Shown: piece by piece, positions 61,278-64,000 of the stretch
Layout: each line of letters starts with the position of its first letter
Numbering within the stretch: position 1 is the first letter of the stretch
Program-made: the position numbers and the translations under genes
Notes under the pieces: generated by a model
What the model was told of the DNA's origin: nothing
What the model saw: only the letters and a program-made list of their open reading frames with translations
Databases searched by the model: none
Source: Macrostomum lignano
Taxonomy: Eukaryota
Assembly: GCA_002269645.1 (NCBI GenBank)
Contig: NIVC01000262.1
Span: forward strand, 186,001 to 250,000
Length of the DNA stretch: 64,000 bases
Direction of reading: 5' to 3'

Positions 61278-61763
61278 TTCATTGATTGATTCCAATTGAT
61301 TGTTTTGCGTGACGCCTGCATTCTAACCTCCCACACACACTGCCTCCCACACACACTGCCCCCAGCCTCACTTATTGACACCATACAATTACCAGACAAA
61401 CAAAGACCTGCTAATTGTTGTTGTATTTTTTTTCTAGCATTCATGCCCTCTACATGCCAGTTGCCAGCAGTATATAACCAAGTTGCAAGCTGTACATATA
61501 AGGCACAGTTGGCATAGTTCTCTGTATACCATAGTTTAAAGATTATTGCATCAGCGTTCTTTTGCATTGTGATGATAACTTCTTGCATATGATCGAACTC
61601 TAAGAGGTCCAAAATGGCCTCATCAGGCCAAGTATTTAAACAATGCAAAAAAACATCAACAGCAATCGCAATGTCCTGTTGTTACTTGCTACTTACTGCT
61701 GGCCACTCGCTACATTTTTCATGTCATTTTGTCGAATGTTACTTTAATGCTGGTATGCTGGTG

Positions 61764-61801
<38 letters not shown>

Positions 61802-64000
61802 ATTTAGTGCAGTAACTTGTTGTCATACAGCTGAGCCAGCAACGTGTGTGCTTGCCGAGTGAGCAAGTAATGTGAAAATAAATAAGACTCACAGATATTC
61901 ATATATGACAGTGTGTCTATATCTGTATACATACGTATCGAAATCGTTTTTTTATTAAAAGTGTCACAGTCAAGCAATGTGCACAAATTGATAAATATGA
62001 TTACAATGCAAATTGGAGAAAGATGCTGCACACGAGTTGATCAATGGTTGTGCTACCGGATCCAGGGCCAGGGTGGTCTGAAATGCAACGTAGGGTGGTT
62101 TACTTTGAATCAGTCGCGCGTTAAGATAGCTCCAAAATTATTTTTGCATCTTATTCACCATGAAATCCTACGTAAAAAACATCGTGTCACCACCCTGTCA
62201 CCAGTCTTGTTTCGAGTCAAAAATTTTAGTTGAAGACTTTGGACTAATATTTATAGAAGAAAAATATCTCAATTTTCTTTGCATTGCAGAAGAAATATAT
62301 TCCGTAACTATTAATCTTTGTTTTACTGAAAACCGCTTATCAAAAAAAGCACTCGTTTTGATGCAATTCAAATTTTTGTCGGTCACTTAATTTTCCCGTG
62401 TTGTCACAGTTTCCAAAGCATGGTGAATTTGTTTGTTTTTCAAATTACCGTAGCTTCACTATTTGACATTGTAGGAACCTCCAAGTAGTCTCAAATTAAA
62501 GCTTAAATCTCTCTCTTCAGGACATATATTTCCGTTTTTCTTAACTCTCTTGGTTTTCTAGTTTTTTTATCATATGAAGTTGGTATCATTTAGCTCTTTT
62601 TAGCAGATTTTGCTCGGCACGCACAGGTCACGTGACCCTCACCAGAATGCCTAATTGGAATAAGACAGAAATTATTCCTACGGTACTGTGGGGATAAGCA
62701 CTGCCTTACTAGTCAAGCTAGAAAAAATTCGGGTGATGTAATAATATGTGCAATCTCGCAAAACATTTACAACCTATTAATAGATCTGCCAAGATTAAGG
62801 TATTGCACCATCAGCTTAACTTTTCTGCATGAGAATGCTATGAAAGTTTGATAGGAATGATACCAATAGCTTAATGCAGTCAACTAGCTAGATGCAACTC
62901 TAATATTCCCACCTGCTGATCTTTGGCAATTATAATAACATTTATAAACCCTTAGGCCTACCCCCATACCCAGTGCTAGCTGTATTTGCAACCCCTAAAT
63001 TAAAGCCAAGAGAATGCTAGGCAAAAAGAGGCTAAGCCAATGCAATGAAATAATAGGACTAGAAAAATGCAATTCAAAAGGTGATAAAACAAAAGTGCAG
63101 CAGCCAAAAGAAAGCTAAGCCAAAGTCCCATTTCAAATTAGAAAAAGGCGAGGTAGCAAAATTGAACGTGAAAAGGCGTAGTACTGAAAGAACATTCTTA
63201 CTCTTAAGACTAAAATTATCATGGATAAAACCAATGAAAATAAAGACATTAAAATTGGTCCATAATTCTAATTAAATTGATGCTTTTAATTTATAGCGCT
63301 AGGTCTAGGTGATTTTAATGCCGAGGCATTAATTCAATAACAAGCTGTGCTTTTAAACTCACCAATGCAGAACTGTAGAATTCATAGAATTTTCCATTCT
63401 AATTCCAAACGTCTGGAAAGCCGTAGCGAGGGAGAGGGAGAAGACAGTGACAAAAGTAAGTGTGGATGTAGTGTAGATACTAGACAGTTTATAGAAAGGC
63501 GCTTGTGCATGCACGGGAGAGGTGGCTGGACTCCGTGAAGGGTGTGGGCAACTCGGATTGGCGGAGAGGGAGAGAGGCGAAGAGGGAAATAAGAGGAGGG
63601 CTTAGTTGGCTGTTTTGGCCTTCTGTCTGTGTTTGCTCTGAATTATAATAGACGTCCTACCTTCCCGATACGAGCGTATGAGAATGATCAATAGAATTCT
63701 AGAATATCTAACCTGGGGCTGGAAGGCTTTTTCTTGTTTCAAGGCCAAACAGTCTCGTCCTCCACCCCCGTGATCTTGTCGGAAGAACTTGGTAGGGGAG
63801 GGGGGGTTGATATTTCAGTCACGTTTCATATGTGTGCATTGTGCACATGACTCAGCCCCATATTTTTTCAGTTCGTCTAGGGGACCTTATGCCAATGGCA
63901 AGAAAAGCACACAAAATATGCGGCGTTAAAATTGGCCTTGGTTAAAATTGGTTAAAATGGCCTTGTTTAAAATTGGCCTTCTGCATGGGAATCTGGGTTG

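Larger units (their letters stand above)
55631..62705 (+). mobile_element. Full-length TIR DNA transposon, 7075 bp, superfamily uncertain (hAT/MULE-like)
   Basis: TIRs start GGCAGTGCTTATCCC. 9-bp TSD TTACTAGTC at 55622-55630 and 62706-62714. The left TIR is interrupted at ~55686-56185. Confidence 0.88.

Noticed and set aside
1-64000. Prokaryotic genes, rRNA or tRNA genes
   Set aside because: No operon structure, rRNA signatures or cloverleaf found; the only tRNA-related sequence is the PBS. The IS1595-like ORF is eukaryotic Merlin.

Overview
Eukaryotic (metazoan, probably invertebrate) sequence made almost entirely of nested transposable elements, with short GT-AG introns and no recognisable ordinary host gene. 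From left to right: a decayed mariner; a 9-exon KDZ (Kyakuja-Dileera-Zisupton) transposase gene cut by a 5'-truncated Gypsy element; a MULE-like MITE; two EnSpm/CACTA transposase ORFs; a full-length 13.9-kb Ty3/Gypsy-type LTR element (30220-44158); Maverick/Polinton remnants; a Merlin transposase split by a solo LTR; duplicated RTE/Merlin fragments; and an intact 7.1-kb TIR transposon. The main finding is the 30220-44158 element. Its gene order is gag - class III (herpesvirus gB/chuvirus-like) envelope glycoprotein - PR-RT-RH-IN, with env in the same reading frame as and directly upstream of pol. Two tandem double-RING ORFs follow before the 3' LTR. The env is split by a recent hAT-like transposon, and removing it restores the frame exactly. 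A second, divergent Gypsy (10825-16102) keeps a similar transmembrane segment in frame before its protease, so env-before-pol looks like a lineage trait. The 7.1-kb transposon encodes a 1185-aa spliced transposase ending in a Spindlin/Tudor-like domain. All family assignments come from motif recognition by eye; no database searches were run.
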